The position numbers and the translations under genes were made by a program. Below, in pieces: positions 24,607-39,200 of a DNA stretch of 64,000 nucleotides. The stretch is from Eutreptiella sp. 'Long Island Sound 2002' (lineage: Eukaryota > Protista > Euglenida): the NCBI GenBank assembly GCA_964036045.1, contig OZ038378.1:182342001-182406000 (forward strand), written 5' to 3'. The notes beneath the pieces were generated by a model. The model had not been told where the DNA came from and searched no databases. It worked only from the letters and a program-made list of their open reading frames with translations. Numbering within the stretch: position 1 is the first letter of the stretch; each line of letters opens with the position of its first letter.

Positions 24607-25345
24607 CCCCCCCGCCCCTTGTCGTTCCCCACCCCAGGGAAGACAGTCCCCCACCACCCCCTGGGGGACGGTCACCAAGTGACGGTCCCCCACCCCCCCC
24701 TGGGGGACCGCACTACCACCGTACACGCACATTTGCAGGCACAGAAATTGCAGCATAAAACGAATGAATTCAGCATAAGATACGTTCAAAGGGCCGCCAA
24801 TGTACGGAGACCTACTCCTTGACCGGCTCGGTGTAAAATTTCTTGGTCCTGCTCCACTTCACCTTGAACTCTTGCACATGCTCCCACTTTCCACTGGAAT
24901 GCTTTGGGCAGCACTCTTGAGTGGTTGTTTTGCCTTCTTGGTAGGAGGCTTGGCAAGCGCAAGCAGATTTTTGGGAACCCATTTCCCTTCGGGAATGTCC
25001 CTTGTAAAATACAACTTGTTCCCAAAACTGTGTCCCATACCTCATACACCACGGGCACTCTTCACCCACAAAACCTCCGTGTCAGAATTCAGGTCACTAT
25101 CATCATCCGTCACATCTGTCTGCTCCCCGGGGAAAACATGGTTGTGCTGTCACGTTCCATTTCAGCGCAAGTAAGCAAAATGTCCCGCCATGAGTGCAAG
25201 GATACAAGTGGCAGTGCCCCACAACACAGTCACCCACACAACAACACAATGAGCAGCAACGAAAATTTCTGGGTTGACCAAGTGACGGTCCCCCACCCCC
25301 CCCCTGGGGAACGACAAGGGGTGGGGAACGACAAGGGGGGGGGAA
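24607..25345. mobile_element. MITE-like element with CCCCTTGTCGTTCCCCACCCC inverted ends
   Basis: Left end CCCCTTGTCGTTCCCCACCCC matches right end GGGGTGGGGAACGACAAGGGG in reverse complement. GACGGTCCCCCACCCCCCCTGGGG subterminal repeats occur at both ends. No TSD was identified. Confidence 0.5.
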
Positions 25346-25739
25346 GGTACTACAAACAGCAAAACATTCACCAAGGATTCTCAAGCCCCCTATCGTCGCT
25401 CCACCACCCTCTCACCAGCTGCTGTCACGCCAATGCAAGACGGCAGGCACACCTCAAAGTTCGACGCACCACCGGTGGGGCCTTGGGACGGAGCGCTGCC
25501 TCCTTGTTGGAGCGCATCAGGGACTGCGTAGTAAGACGTGAAAGGGTGCATGGGCATACCAAGCGACGTGCATCCAGTGCACCGATGCGGGAGTTGAGAT
25601 GTGCATGTGACACCCGGATGCGAATGAGAACATTTTGCTGAGGCTTGAAATCCCAAAGCTTACAATGATGGCGGGGGAGGCCATGCATTCATGCCCCAAA
25701 GTGTAGTGACTATCCCCTCCCCCCCAAAAAAAACCATGT

Positions 25740-27560
25740 GTGGCTGTTGACCAGGAGGGTGGCGTCGTTCGTCAGCCTTTGTTCCACATGCATGAGCCGG
25801 TCCCAGCACCGACTGATCAGGGGGGGTGGTCGTTGCACAAGGTGCATTTCACGCAATTTTGCATTTTTTGCATTTGGAGGCAGGTTTGTCACCCTCCGTA
25901 TGGACCATGGGACCATGTCCCGCCTCGTGCTTGGACTGATAAAAGCAACTGAGCTGCCACGCAAGATGAAGGAGAGGATGAGGCACAGGTGTGTGCTTTG
26001 TGTTGTCACAAGCGCTCCACCATCACAGTTTGTGGTGAGTGTGAGGAGCATTATTGTGTACAATGTATTGATACCCACATTTGGGGACTAAGCAGTGCCC
26101 AGTGTGTGGAGTGGAGGAGTCGGTAGAGGATGCCCTGCATGAGTGTCGTTTTTATGCTGTGATCAAGCATGCGTTGGTGCTGGAGCAAATCTCCTTGGTG
26201 GTTTCCCAGGGTTTCCAGCCCATATGCACAGACGGTTCCTTGAAGAGAACAAAATCATGCAAATTGCCTGAGATAGGTGGGGTGGGGGTTTATGCCCCCC
26301 CCTTGTCCCCCCCTCAGATTGTTGTATAGAAATCCAGGTCTCCAAACCTCTGGACGAGGAGGAGCGCCAAACAACGCGGCAGAGCTTGTTGCTTCTATCT
26401 CAGTGCTCCGTTTGTTTGAAGCCCACACCTGCAAAGTCTGTGTTGTTACCGATTCTGAGTATGTTTTTTCGGGGCTACGGGGAAGCGCTGAAGTGTGAGG
26501 AGCATTATTGTGCCCACATTCGGGGACTAAGCAGTTCCCAGTGTGTGGAGTGGAGGAGTCGGTAGAGCATGCCCTGCATGAGCGTCGTTTTTATGCTGTG
26601 ATCAAGCATGCGTTGGCGATTTTCTGGCCCGGTGGGGCCCATGGAGTGGCAGTGGCAGATCTGTTCATGCCAGCGAACATGGAATTGTCCTTGAATTCGC
26701 TTCTGGGGGTCATGGTGTGGCTCTCGAGAAAAGACTTTTGGAAGTTTCGGTGGGTGGTGAAGGAGGGGGCCACAGCATCCCTTGACCTCCTTCTGGCGAT
26801 TAGGATTGAGGTTGTGTCCAGGTGGCCACTCGGGTGGTGGGAAGTCGGTGATCAAAGCCCAACAGTTCCTGCTTGTGCTTCGGCAGTTACTGGAAACGGG
26901 AGTATTGCCGCCCAAGGTACGGCGTGGCTTGGTGGTCTCTCCCGGGCGTGTGGAGTCCGTGCATAGTGAACCAGAGGAGGTAGCCATGCGCGTGAAACGC
27001 CACAAGGTGGTTTCGGAGTTGGTGCAGTCGGTGCTGGAGCAAATCTCCTTGGTGGTTTCCCAGGGTTTCCAGCCCATATGCACAGACGGTTCCTCCAAGA
27101 GAACAAAATCATGCAAGCTGCCTGAGATAGGTGGGGTGGGGGTTTATGCCCCCCCCTTGTCCCCCCCTCAGATTGTTGTATAGAAATCCAGGTCTCCAAA
27201 CCTCTGGACGAGGAGGAGCGCCAAACAACGCGGCAGAGCTTGTTGCTTCTATCTCAGTGCTCCGTTTGTTTGAAGCCCACACCTGCAAAGTCTGTGTTGT
27301 TACCGATTCTGAGTATGTTTTTTCGGGGCTACGGGGAAGCGCTGAAGTGGCAGTTGAATGGGTGGGTGGGTTCACGGGCACCGCTGTCCAATGTGCGGCT
27401 GTGGGTTGAGCTGGTTGGGTTGCTTCCTGGCCCCTGCCCACATGGGTTTGGACGGCAATGAAATTGCCAATAACTTGGCGGTTGCAGGCATGTGCCAGAG
27501 CCCTCTTTGGGGGGTGGTGAGTGGGAGGGCGCCCCCCCCCCCCCCCGTCCCCCCTTTGGT
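25740..27560 (+). mobile_element. Degenerate non-LTR retrotransposon fragment (zinc knuckle plus RNase H) with an internal partial duplication
   Basis: Frameshifted pieces read CPVCGVEESVEHALHE, ICTDGSS...GGVGVY, NNAAELVASI...CVVTDSEYV and PAHMGLDGNEIANNLA, which are RNase HI catalytic motifs. 26041-26494 is a deleted copy of 26495-27350. Confidence 0.8.
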
Positions 27561-30500
27561 GGGTGTGATTTTTGGAGCCAAAATTGGTGTCACCATCAGT
27601 TTCCTTGTATGAAGGTAGCGAGACTGTGTTGCTCTCGGAATTTGGGTTTGACACAGCGGGAGGGGACAGTTGGGACAAGGTGGACACGGCTTCGGGATCC
27701 ATTGGCTCCAGCAAAGTGTCCGGGGCAGGATCATGCGCCTTATGCGGGCCTGGTAAGTGGGCACTCCAACGGGGAGCTCTCACAGCCAAGTGCGGAGGTA
27801 AGTGATGCGGAGGCTTACCACAGAAGTAAGTGTGCACGCAAGTTTTTAGGGTAGGGTGCTCGACGATCGGTGCTGTGGTGGTGGCGGGTTTGGTCTGGCA
27901 GGGTGCATTCTGCTACAACAGGAGGTGGGGTGGGCATAGAAGGCGTCGGGACAAAGAGTCGAGGTGTTGCAGTGCAGCAGAACAGCACATATGTTGAGCT
28001 GTGACCGTTCACCTGTGTCACGGGGGTGTCTGGTAGCTAGGTATCCGTAGCTTCATGGCCCAGGGGGGGGGCGTCACATCATGACCGCCCGCGCGGGGGG
28101 GGGGGGGGGTCACGACCAAGGGTTGGGGATTTCAAGGGGGGGGAGTACTTGGTGGCCTTGCTAGCAGTTTCTGCCCCAACACCACACACCCCAAAGGAAC
28201 GCAAGGGCCATCGCCCACTTGCTGCCCAGGGACGGACCGTAGAGGGGCGGCAATGCCATGGACCCAGTCATGCCTTGCGCCCGACCAGCAAACACACCCT
28301 CCCCACACGCCCGATGGCACATTCTGCCCCCGCCCCCTGTACCCCAATTTTAAGGCAGTCGCTCCCTGAGACTAGCACTCATACGCCACCCTCCAATCCA
28401 CAATCCAGAGCGTGGTATGTGTGCTGCTTCCTTGCCCCCTTCCCAGGAAGAGTGAGGTGGTGCATCCAACCCCACGCCGGAGGGGCCCCAATTCGGCCCC
28501 TCAAATGGGTTCTTGCCCAAACCTCAGACCCCCTTACTTGGGATGGCCATCCGCCCCCCCCCCCCTGAAAAGCCCATAACCACCCTCCTCCTTCTTCAAA
28601 GTGGAAAGGACTGATGTTGGGATTTATCGTATCAAGCCATCAGGCACGTCACAGCACGATGTTAGGCACATCAGAAGTAACATGTATTGATGTTGAATTC
28701 AGTTGATTCACCTTATGCTGATGTACTTTGTGTGGAAGGCTTGCAGTCCACTCTGGTCTACTTGCGGGGCTTTTGTAGGGGAGGGTAAATCTGAGGTTAA
28801 AGGTCGGGAAACTTGTTACAAAAGTAGCGCGCTGGAGGTGTGCCAGGCAAACTTTCCTCCCGTGATTGGCACTATTTTTGGTTACTTTTACTTTTACGTT
28901 TCCCTTGGCATGACGGTCTCCTCAATGAAAGATAGCCTTTACACAGATACCAACAGGGAGCATGTAGCAAGCAACGAACTATGAGAAACCGCAACTTTGT
29001 GCTGGATTTCACACTTCACAAGGTGTGCAGCTCTACATTTTGTCTGCATATCGGTGTCACGATGCCAAAGCTTCCGCGATGCGAAAAGTTCAGCATTGAG
29101 GAGCATGTCAGACTGTTGGAGTTTTGGTGCTGCGACTGAGATAGATGCCCAAAAAGGGGCACTGTTTGCCACACCCACCTTGTCGAGCTTCAGAAAACTG
29201 TAGCTCACGGGCTATTTCACCTCTTGCGTGGTGCGTGTGTCGGATACGCACGCACGCACACGCACACATACACACATCTGCGTATGGGGGGACGGACCTC
29301 AGGCATTGTGTCACACCAGCAGTCGGGGGCGGGGGGCTGGGGGGGAGGGGGGCACTGCCTTTGGGGGGCTGCTGGGGTGTGGTCACCCTCATCTTCCGCT
29401 CTGCCCCCGACTTGACCACACCAGCCACTCCCTCTCTAAAACATATCACTCATTTTCCAGAGAGAATACTGCGCTGCAAATCTCCAGGGGCATGGTGAGG
29501 GTGGCCACAGATAGTCAATGTGCAGGTTTATGGTGGAGTTGCAATGAAGGCACAGGCGCAGACATACCTGTGAATCACGTTGTCCTGTGGTCGCCATCAA
29601 AGCGACGCTATGAGGCCGCCGGCTGAACCACCATCGCTGCTGAGACTGCACAAGGACGGCTGCAAACACTGCCACTGGCAACCACCACAACAGGCGGCTT
29701 GACAACACAATCAGCGGCTCACGCTGCCAAATAGACCATCCGACCTGCAGGCACGCTGCCGTTGCGTGCAGCGTGGCTGGACCGCTCCTGCACGGGACTG
29801 GCTGCCCTGCGCAGGCCATAGCCCCTCTTTGCGGTTTCGTGCCAAGGCCGGACACTGGGACGGATTTGGAGACAGCTCCTGAACGGCGCATACGCACCCT
29901 TTTGGCCCACGGCACGTGCCGTACCACTGAAAGGGTTGTAGATGCACGAGACGGGGTGGCAGCGGCCAGGACACCGGCCATGACGAAAGCCCCACTGAAG
30001 GCAAGGGACATGGCGGCGCACCTTCGGATGTGCTGCTGGTGAGGATCCAGGGAAAGCTCAGACGATGCCAGCGACAAGCCCGGGGGCATTGAGCGACAGT
30101 GCTGCAGGCACAGGCAGAGATGAGGTGCTGGAACGGAGGTGGTAGGCCCCTGACCATTACAAATGCTCCGCCATTTACACTCCAACCGCCATTGAAGCAC
30201 CCCGGGCCTGGGCAGACGCGGAGCACCAGTTGCGCAGAGGTGGTATCTGTCAGATACCCCATCCTGACAAACCCCTGATCTTCTGGATCAATGAAACACA
30301 CAAACACAACTGGAAATCGGGGAATGCCTAGACTGGAACAGGACGATCCACGGGCACTGCTAGGTGGTGCAACTAGTCTAGGCTGGTTCATCCAACGACG
30401 CTCAAACCTCCATCCCAGGAAGCAACCTCAGGCTGTCTGGCACCACGGCTGCCGAGACGAAAGATGCCAAAACAATGGTGTCTTTTGAGCACTTTTTGCA

Positions 30501-31360
30501 AGGAGTGATATTGCTGTTTGAAAATTGATTCTACAAATAAGCAATATCACCTGCCACACACCCCAGTTGTGTGTCACCAGAATTGGAAGAAGGATATGAA
30601 AAGCGCCATTTGTGGACTCCTGCAAAATGGATAGTGAATGTGGTGGAATGCAAACAACAAATGCACTTTTCTTGACCTGCCTGCATCGTCCATACCGCCC
30701 CAAACCCCGTTGCAACACTCTGGTGCATCAGAGGATGGAATTAGCTCGCCTTTTGCATCATTCAACAAGGCTGGTCATGAGATTAACGTCTTTGCTCAAA
30801 ATACATCTTTTTTTTTGAAAAATCTCTTCGAAGCAGACAGGGAAATGCTAGCTGAGCCTTCCATTTGACCACACTGCAACAGCAGAATTCAGCAGCCCAG
30901 CGAGGGGTGAGAGAGCTCTCCTAGAACACGTGCCACTCCTAGGCAGCTTGTAAAATTGAGTAAAGTTTGGTAAAACGGAGTGAAAAGATCTTCACCAAAA
31001 ACTTTTTACTCAGTTTTGCTTTGCGAAAAGAACGGACGAAAACATGGTTGCCCAATGAAATTTCATCAGTACAGTCATTTTGCCTGGAGACCAATCTAGG
31101 AATCTAGGAATCTACATCCCTTTGGGGAATAGGTTGTTGAGCAAACGTCATTTCATATGTGTCCTTGTATTCACTGTGTTTTTGTGTACCTGTGTCCCTG
31201 ACCTCTTGTGCATAAATGCACATTTAACACAGATTTGCTTGAGTAGGGAAATCATTTTTTTGAAATTTTGCTGAAAGACATTTTTATACACACAAATTGT
31301 TGTCTTCTGTTATTGCAGCACAAATTTAAGGCGATCAATGAAACCCGATTTTTGTTTAAG

Positions 31361-32170
31361 GGGGAATCTTTGGACTGCGCGCGCACTGCACGCGCACTGC
31401 GCGCTACTTTTAGACTATGTTCCCCCCGAAGAGCCCCTAGGCACGCCCCTTGAAAACGCCCTTAGAATTAGGTGACCCAAACTGCCCTAGCTCAAGAAAG
31501 TTGCAAACTACCTTCCCTTCACATAACACACATCATGCACATTTGGAAAAGCCATGAACAGCGTATTGGTTGCCACCCTCAACACCCTCTAATGTAGAGG
31601 GGGAGGCGGCCGGGGGTACCTCCTTTCGTATGTGCATTGAAACCTTTGTCGACATAATACGACGACCGTTGTGGCGACAGCCCCGCGGAGGCAATTTCCG
31701 CTACGAGATTATTCGGAGTTGAACTACTCACCCTCTGGCGGGTCTTTCGCTTCACCAGCCACATCAACCCTCGTAAGTTGATGCGACCGGCCGGACGAGA
31801 ATTTGATGGCGAATTCGAATGCGACTTGGCTTGGAATCACAGGCATAGCACAATTCAAAGAGTTGGGTAGTATCCTACATAAAGACATGGTCCAAATAGC
31901 CCTTGCAAATACAAATAAAGTGTGAAAAAGGGTGGAAATGGGTGAAATTGGGTGAAAATCCCAAAATGTTATATCCCCAATGTGGAAAAAGCATCAAAAC
32001 CTACGCAACAGGGTAACAATGATGCCCCTATGATCTCAAAGCATGGGTCTCCAGTACGGCCAAACGCCCAAGTAGTTGCACTGCGCGCGCACTGCGCGCG
32101 CACTGCGCTTAAGGCGCCCCCTAAGGACATAGCACCCCAAGGTCGTTTCCAGGCCACTCTTTATAGTTAC
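31361..32170. repeat. Interspersed repeat family carrying the GCACTGCG(T/C)GC motif
   Basis: 31361-31580 is homologous to 49283-49500. 31920-32110 is homologous to 50190-50375 and partly to 55530-55600. A related subfamily occurs at 8080-8265 and 42960-43130. Confidence 0.7.
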
Positions 32171-32875
32171 GCTCCACCCAGGCCAAATCATCATGCACAC
32201 ATGTGTTGTTAAGCACAAGAGACAACTGATAGCTCAAGCACCCCTTGCCCCCTTGTCCATCCCCCCACCCCCCCCATGCCCCAAGGGACGGCGGTCCCCC
32301 CCCCAAACCCCAGGGAGGATTGTTGCCAAGTAACGCCCCCCCCCTCCACCGCCAAAGGGGGGGGTGGGGGCACCACTGCAGACCAAACACTTATCCGCCC
32401 ATATGGCCCGTCACTTGCTTGTTGTTGGTTGCCAAAGGCTTTTGGATACACAATGACATGCATAGATGCTCATGGTGTGAGGCACATGCTACAAACAAGC
32501 GGAAATCTCAGTGCCCTGTGAAATATGACACTCTCCAAGGCTCCTGGGCTCACTTCTTCGTCGCCAATCACCTTCTTTGAACTCTTCATCATCCCTTCTT
32601 GCACCCCCCCCCCCCCTTGTATTGCCTTGCATGTGGCATGTTGCATGTGTCCATGGCTCCATGTAATTGGCAAATGTGACGACAAACCCATGTCTTATGT
32701 GGCCGCACTACATTTCGTACGTAATTAAAATTACGTACACCATTATTACTGTCCCCACGCCTACTGTAGCTTGGACAAGGGCGTAGCTTATACCAAGGGG
32801 GGGGTACTGACACCTGCTGGGTGCGGCAGCAGGGTACAGGTCGGAGGGGCTTCGTACAGCATGCATGTCGTCATA

Positions 32876-33130
32876 CCCCCCCCCCCCGTGTCCAACGAAT
32901 AATTATGTCCCAAAAAAATGCGGTCCGAACGGGTAGTGTTCGTTGGACACAGTGTTTGGTGCGCGCGACAATATTGTGAACCCACGGTAACACATCCCTA
33001 GGCACAAGACACCCAGCCCATTCAAAACGGAATGCGATGGAGACTTCCACTTAACACTTTTCAGAGTAGAAGCCTTTGTTGCGGTCCCGCTTCATGCGGA
33101 AAAGCTGAACGTGCTCCCCGGGCTCCGGGC
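32876..33130. repeat. Second copy of the left end of the 3905-5032 element
   Basis: CCCC-GTGTCCAACGAA...GTTGGACAC...AAGACACCCAGCCCAT...CACTTTTCAG...CATGCGGAAAAGCTGAAC is shared with 3905-4155. Confidence 0.8.
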
Positions 33131-33270
33131 TCTTCTTGGCGCGAGTAGAAGTGGCAGTCTCTAGTACAGCCAGACGCCCAGATAGCTACACTGCGCTAAG
33201 TGCGCCCCCTTAGTGCACCCCCTAAAAGGCCACCGGTGGGGCACGGGTCAAAAAAGATGCCCGGCACGCG

Positions 33271-36200
33271 CCCATTTTATTAGAAGCACATCAGAGTCAG
33301 AGCCAGGCAATGCAACAGGGTTTATTACTCAGTGAGCACAAGGAACATTCGTGTACCCCCCCCCCTTGCATAGTAAGCGGTCGCGCGTGATAGTTCCCTC
33401 GCACCCCCGAGGGAACATACCCCAAAATACCCCAAGTGACGGTTCCATCGCACCCACGATTACTACGCAAAGGACGGGCGACACGAAACAAGACGTGCAG
33501 ACAACAAAATGAGCTCTCGGCATGTCGGCCGCCTACGACGGGGCGGGGCGGGGTGGGGACCCAAATTACCAAGGATGGGACAGGCTACGGCCAGGGATAT
33601 CCCCACTGCCTCAGACGCGCTGGAGAGAGGACAAGCCAGGCCAAAGAGAAGGCGGCGGGAGGAGGCGGTGATGCGGCTGTGTAAAGGACGCGACCAAGGG
33701 ATGTAGCCTGCGACAGCGCACCCGAGAGCCACTTGGCTTCAGGCCACCAATGGGGAGCTGCTCCATGTCCAGTGCATGGCACGCACCTAGAGCTCATGCG
33801 GCGCGCGCTGAGCCAGGCAGAAAACTTTTTTGCCCAAGTAAAAGACTTCCAAGTCTCGTAGCAATAAAGCAGTACCCCACGTTCTATCACGTGGTGCGCT
33901 GCCATCATGTGGTATGCAACCTACGTCATGTGCGTGAAACGGTTTGGCATATGCATGTGGATAGTTGTGTGAGAATTTTTGCCCGTCGCTCTTCCACTAT
34001 GATTGGTCTAATGTCTTCCTACATAAACACTTTTGTCCTCGTTTTCAGCAGCAGATGCATGATGATGCGAATGACTGGCTGGAAAAACACTCCTTTCCCA
34101 ACAGATGCTTCGATGGACTGATGACAGATGCATTGCATTCGGCACTCTGAAAATTGTTGCAGTGGTCCTGAACCTGCCTGGGCGCATACTTCTTGTTGGG
34201 TCCAGACCAAGATGGGCTGGCATAGCCTGCTAACTGTATGGTACTCAAGACAACCTCTCGGAATCAAGGTTCAGAGCTTTCCAATTCTACGATGATCCCA
34301 CAAATGACTGTGGTAGCGGGTCTGACACACAGTGAGGATTAGCCGAGCCTGAAACCAGGTTATGCAGTGGGAGACTGCCACACCCGTAAGCTTGCCACTG
34401 TGCATGAGGCACAAAAGACACCACTCTGCGTTGTTGCCCTGCACCCTCTACACTTCTCTAAATTGTGCAGCTCATTGCAAGGGGGTGTTTGTGTATACTG
34501 CCTGCATGATGCCCAAGTTTGTTGTGTAAGGGCCCAGCGGCAGAATTTGGGAGCATGTCACCCTACTACCAACTCCTGCGGTATCCCCGTGGGACATGGT
34601 GCAATGGATGGCCTGGTGAGAAAAGACTGCTGTTCGGAAGACCCGGCTATGAGAGGCCTGGCACTGCCTAATACTGGGGAGGCCACAAGCTTATTAAGGT
34701 CAATTGCACGGGTCCGTAAATGGGTCAGCAGCAGAGGCAGGGAGTGGGTTATGCTGTACCCAAACCCGCACAACTGTCCCTGAGGTATGCGGCATCATAG
34801 TGGGACCAACGGAAGGAGACTACGTCTGTTCATCCAAAGCCTTCCCCATGGCCCCCTGCAGAGGCAACACTCGCCCTGCTGGACGTATCTGCCTTCTCCT
34901 GTTGTGTGGTTGGCCATCCTGAAGGTCATGGGACCACCGCATTGGAAAAATATCGAAGGGGGACAGGCAGCCAACAGCCCATGGACATCAGGCGTGGTGC
35001 GAAGGAGGGAGTCCCTATCATGGCCGAGGCCGAGCATCGGCTCCCCCCTTGCGAGAACAATGGTAAAAGCACGGAAAATGACGGCAACAACGCCTCCTGT
35101 TGTTCTGACTCCTGTTGTTCTGACGAGGGCGTTGTTGAGCGGGCCCTGAGAAGTTACTTGCAGTGGCACGACCTCAGGGTCCGGTCTATGTACGATGACC
35201 TGCACGCCTGAACACCCAAACAAGTGGCAGGATAGTCATCAGCATCCCCAAAATACCATCCCCAGCCCCAAACCACAAGAAAAACTTGATCTTCATGGAC
35301 CAGGAAACGGGGCCGCCAAATTCTTCCTGTTGTTCTGACACAGGCATTGTTCTCGCAGGGGAGGTCACCCCAGGGGGCGCAGGGTCCTTCTGCAGAAAAA
35401 TTCCGCAAGGGAAAATTCCTCGTTCCTACTGACCATGAGTGTCGAGGCGAAGCCTCTGTGTCCTGTATGGCCATCCCTGGGCCATCTGTCCCATGTGCAG
35501 TAGCAGGATCCAATGCAGGTGAATGCATGGAGCAGGTACGGCTTTTGAGAGGACGCCAAGAGATGCGTGATGCAGGAGTTGCACAATGAGTGAAAGCTGA
35601 CCTCTGGCCTCGATTTGAATGTAATCTGCAATATATAGGGGCGAACATGGAAGAGGTCTGATCCTACAGCACCGTACTGATTATTACACATAAGTCGCGT
35701 GAGCAGCAGGAAAAAAGGGTGGGGCAAATGGTAATTCATACACAAGGGACGCAGGAACCGTTTCATGCAGTATTCACTGGTGCCACTCAATAAGTGGGTG
35801 GATGCTTACCTGCAAAATCACTGGTGCTGCCGAATCAGTGGTTGAATGCATGCTTTGCTCCCAACAATTCTGCTTGGGGCTGGCTGCTTGAATGCCTGCA
35901 CTAGGTCAGACAGCCCATTTTATTAGAAGCACATCAGAGTCAGAGCCAGGCAATGCAACAGGGTTTATTACTCAGTGAGCACAAGGAACATTCGTGTACC
36001 CCCCCCCCTTGCATAGTAAGCGGTCGCGCGTGATAGTTCCCTCGCACCCCCGAGGGAACATACCCCAAAATACCCCAAGTGACGGTTCCATCGCACCCAC
36101 GATTACTACGCAAAGGACGGGCGACACGAAACAAGACGTGCAGACAACAAAATGAGCTCTCGGCATGTCGGCCGCCTACGACGGGGCGGGGTGGGGACCC

Positions 36201-39200
36201 AAATTACCAAGGATGGGACAGGCTACGGCCAGGGATATCCCCACTGCCTCAGACGCGCTGGAGAGAGGACAAGCCAGGCCAAAGAGAAGGCGGCGGGAGG
36301 AGGCGGTGATGCGGCTGTGTAAAGGACGCGACCAAGGGATGTAGCCTGCGACAGCGCACCCGAGAGCCACTTGGCTTCAGGCCACCAATGGGGAGCTGCT
36401 CCATGTCCAGTGCATGGCACGCACCTAGAGCTCATGCGGCGCGCGCTGAGCCAGGCAGAAAACTTTTTTGCCCAAGTAAAAGACTTCCAAGTCTCGTAGC
36501 AATAAAGCAGTACCCCACGTTCTATCACGTGGTGCGCTGCCATCATGTGGTATGCAACCTACGTCATGTGCGTGAAACGGTTTGGCATATGCATGTGGAT
36601 AGTTGTGTGAGAATTTTTGCCCGTCGCTCTTCCACTATGATTGGTCTAATGTCTTCCTACATAAACACTTTTGTCCTCGTTTTCAGCAGCAGATGCATGA
36701 TGATGCGAATGACTGGCTGGAAAAACACTCCTTTCCCAACAGATGCTTCGATGAACTGATGACAGATGCATTGCATTCGGCACTCTGAAAATTGTTGCAG
36801 TGGTCCTGAACCTGCCTGGGCGCATACTTCTTGTTGGGTCCAGACCAAGATGGGCTGGCATAGCCTGCTAACTGTATGGTACTCAAGACAACCTCTCGGA
36901 ATCAAGGTTCAGAGCTTTCCAATTCTACGATGATCCCACAAATGACTGTGGTAGCGGGTCTGACACACAGTGAGGATTAGCCGAGCCTGAAACCAGGTTA
37001 TGCAGTGGGAGACTGCCACACCCGTAAGCTTGCCACTGTGCATGAGGCACAAAAGACACCACTCTGCGTTGTTGCCCTGCACCCTCTACACTTCTCTAAA
37101 TTGTGCAGCTCATTGCAAGGGGGTGTTTGTGTATACTGCCTGCATGATGCCCAAGTTTGTTGTGTAAGGGCCCAGCGGCAGAATTTGGGAGCATGTCACC
37201 CTACTACCAACTCCTGCGGTATCCCCGTGGGACATGGTGCAATGGATGGCCTGGTGAGAAAAGACTGCTGTTCGGAAGACCCGGCTATGAGAGGCCTGGC
37301 ACTGCCTAATACTGGGGAGGCCACAAGCTTATTAAGGTCAATTGCACGGGTCCGTAAATGGGTCAGCAGCAGAGGCAGGGAGTGGGTTATGCTGTACCCA
37401 AACCCGCACAACTGTCCCTGAGGTATGCGGCATCATAGTGGGACCAACGGAAGGAGACTACGTCTGTTCATCCAAAGCCTTCCCCATGGCCCCCTGCAGA
37501 GGCAACACTCGCCCTGCTGGACGTATCTGCCTTCTCCTGTTGTGTGGTTGGCCATCCTGAAGGTCATGGGACCACCGCATTGGAAAAATATCGAAGGGGG
37601 ACAGGCAGCCAACAGCCCATGGACAGCAGGCGTGGTGCGAAGGAGGGAGTCCCTATCATGGCCGAGGCCGAGCATCGGCTCCCCCCTTGCGAGAACAATG
37701 GTAAAAGCACGGAAAATGACGGCAACAACGCCTCCTGTTGTTCTGACTCCTGTTGTTCTGACGAGGGCGTTGTTGACGCGGGCCCTGAGAAGTTACTTGC
37801 AGTGGCACGACCTCAGGGTCCGGTCTATGTACGATGACCTGCACGCCTGAACACCCAAACAAGTGGCAGGATAGTCATCAGCATCCCCAAAATACCATCC
37901 CCAGCCCCAAACCACAAGAAAAACTTGATCTTCATGGACCAGGAAACGGGGCCGCCAAATTCTTCCTGTTGTTCTGACACAGGCATTGTTCTCGCAGGGG
38001 AGGTCACCCCAGGGGGCGCAGGGTCCTTCTGCAGAAAAATTCCGCAAGGGAAAATTCCTCGTTCCTACTGACCATGAGTGTCGAGGCGAGGCCTCTGTGT
38101 CCTGTATGGCCATCCCTGGGCCATCTGTCCCATGTGCAGTAGCAGGATCCAATGCAGGTGAATGCATGGAGCAGGTACGGCTTTTGAGAGGACGCCAAGA
38201 GATGTGTGATGCAGGAGTTGCACAATGAGTGAAAGCTGACCTCTGGCCTCGATTTGAATGTAATCTGCAATATATAGGGGCGAACATGGAAGAGGTCTGA
38301 TCCTACAGCACCGTACTGATTATTACACATAAGTCGCGTGAGCAGCAGGAAAAAAGGGTGGGGCAAATGGTAATTCACACACAAGGGACGCAGGAACCGT
38401 TTCATGCAGTATTCACTGGTGCCACTCAATAAGTGGGTGGATGCTTACCTGCAAAATCACTGGTGCTGCCGAATCAGTGGCTGACCGCATGCTTTGCTCC
38501 CAACCATTCTGCTTGGGGCTGGCTGCTTGAATGCCTGCACTAGGTCAGACAGCCCATTTTATTAGAAGCACATCAGAGTCAGAGCCAGGCAATGCAACAG
38601 GGTTTAGTACTCAGTGAGCACAAGGAACATTCGTGTACCCCCGAGGGAACATACCCCAAATTACCCCAAGTGACGGTTCCCTCGCACCCACGATTACTAC
38701 GCAAAGGACGGGTGACACGAAACAAGACGTGCAGACACAAAGGCGTATGAACAACAAAATGAGCCGGGAACTGCCTGTTGGGATGCGTGTTCAGCTCTAC
38801 TGAGAAACAGGCTCTGTGTGCCACTTTTTCTGGCGGGAGTATTTGACTCTGAAGAGCTGCACGTGCTACACAGGGGCCACAGGAATGGGCTCTCTAGCTG
38901 CAGGCTGGGCTGCACACTTGGCTGCCAGGCTTGGCTGCCACCTTGGCAGCAGCTTTGGCTGCACTCTTGGCTGAGGGTTCGGCATGCACCACATCACCAG
39001 AGCACTCATATGTGATTGTCCCGTTGTTAGCACCACACTCTTTGTGTCCACAGCAATACCCTCTGAGCATTTGGCATTGAGCATTGAGCATACCCTGCCC
39101 CCCATTGTGCAACCCCCTGTATAGCATGGCATGGCATACAGTCATGAGCAGAGTGCAGGCGGATGCACAAAAAAGCCATGCCAGGAATAAATACATTAGC

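Noticed and set aside
33436-33861. Possible stop-codon readthrough or alternative genetic code in the array ORFs
   Set aside because: RMT2, ALPH and the 628-aa ORF read normally in the standard code (ALPH ends at TAA, the 628-aa ORF at TGA), so scattered stops are better explained by decay.
34704-34922. EVCGIIVG...GW resembles an MPN/JAB motif in the array unit
   Set aside because: The HxH...D metal motif is absent, the spacing is too short and a stop follows.
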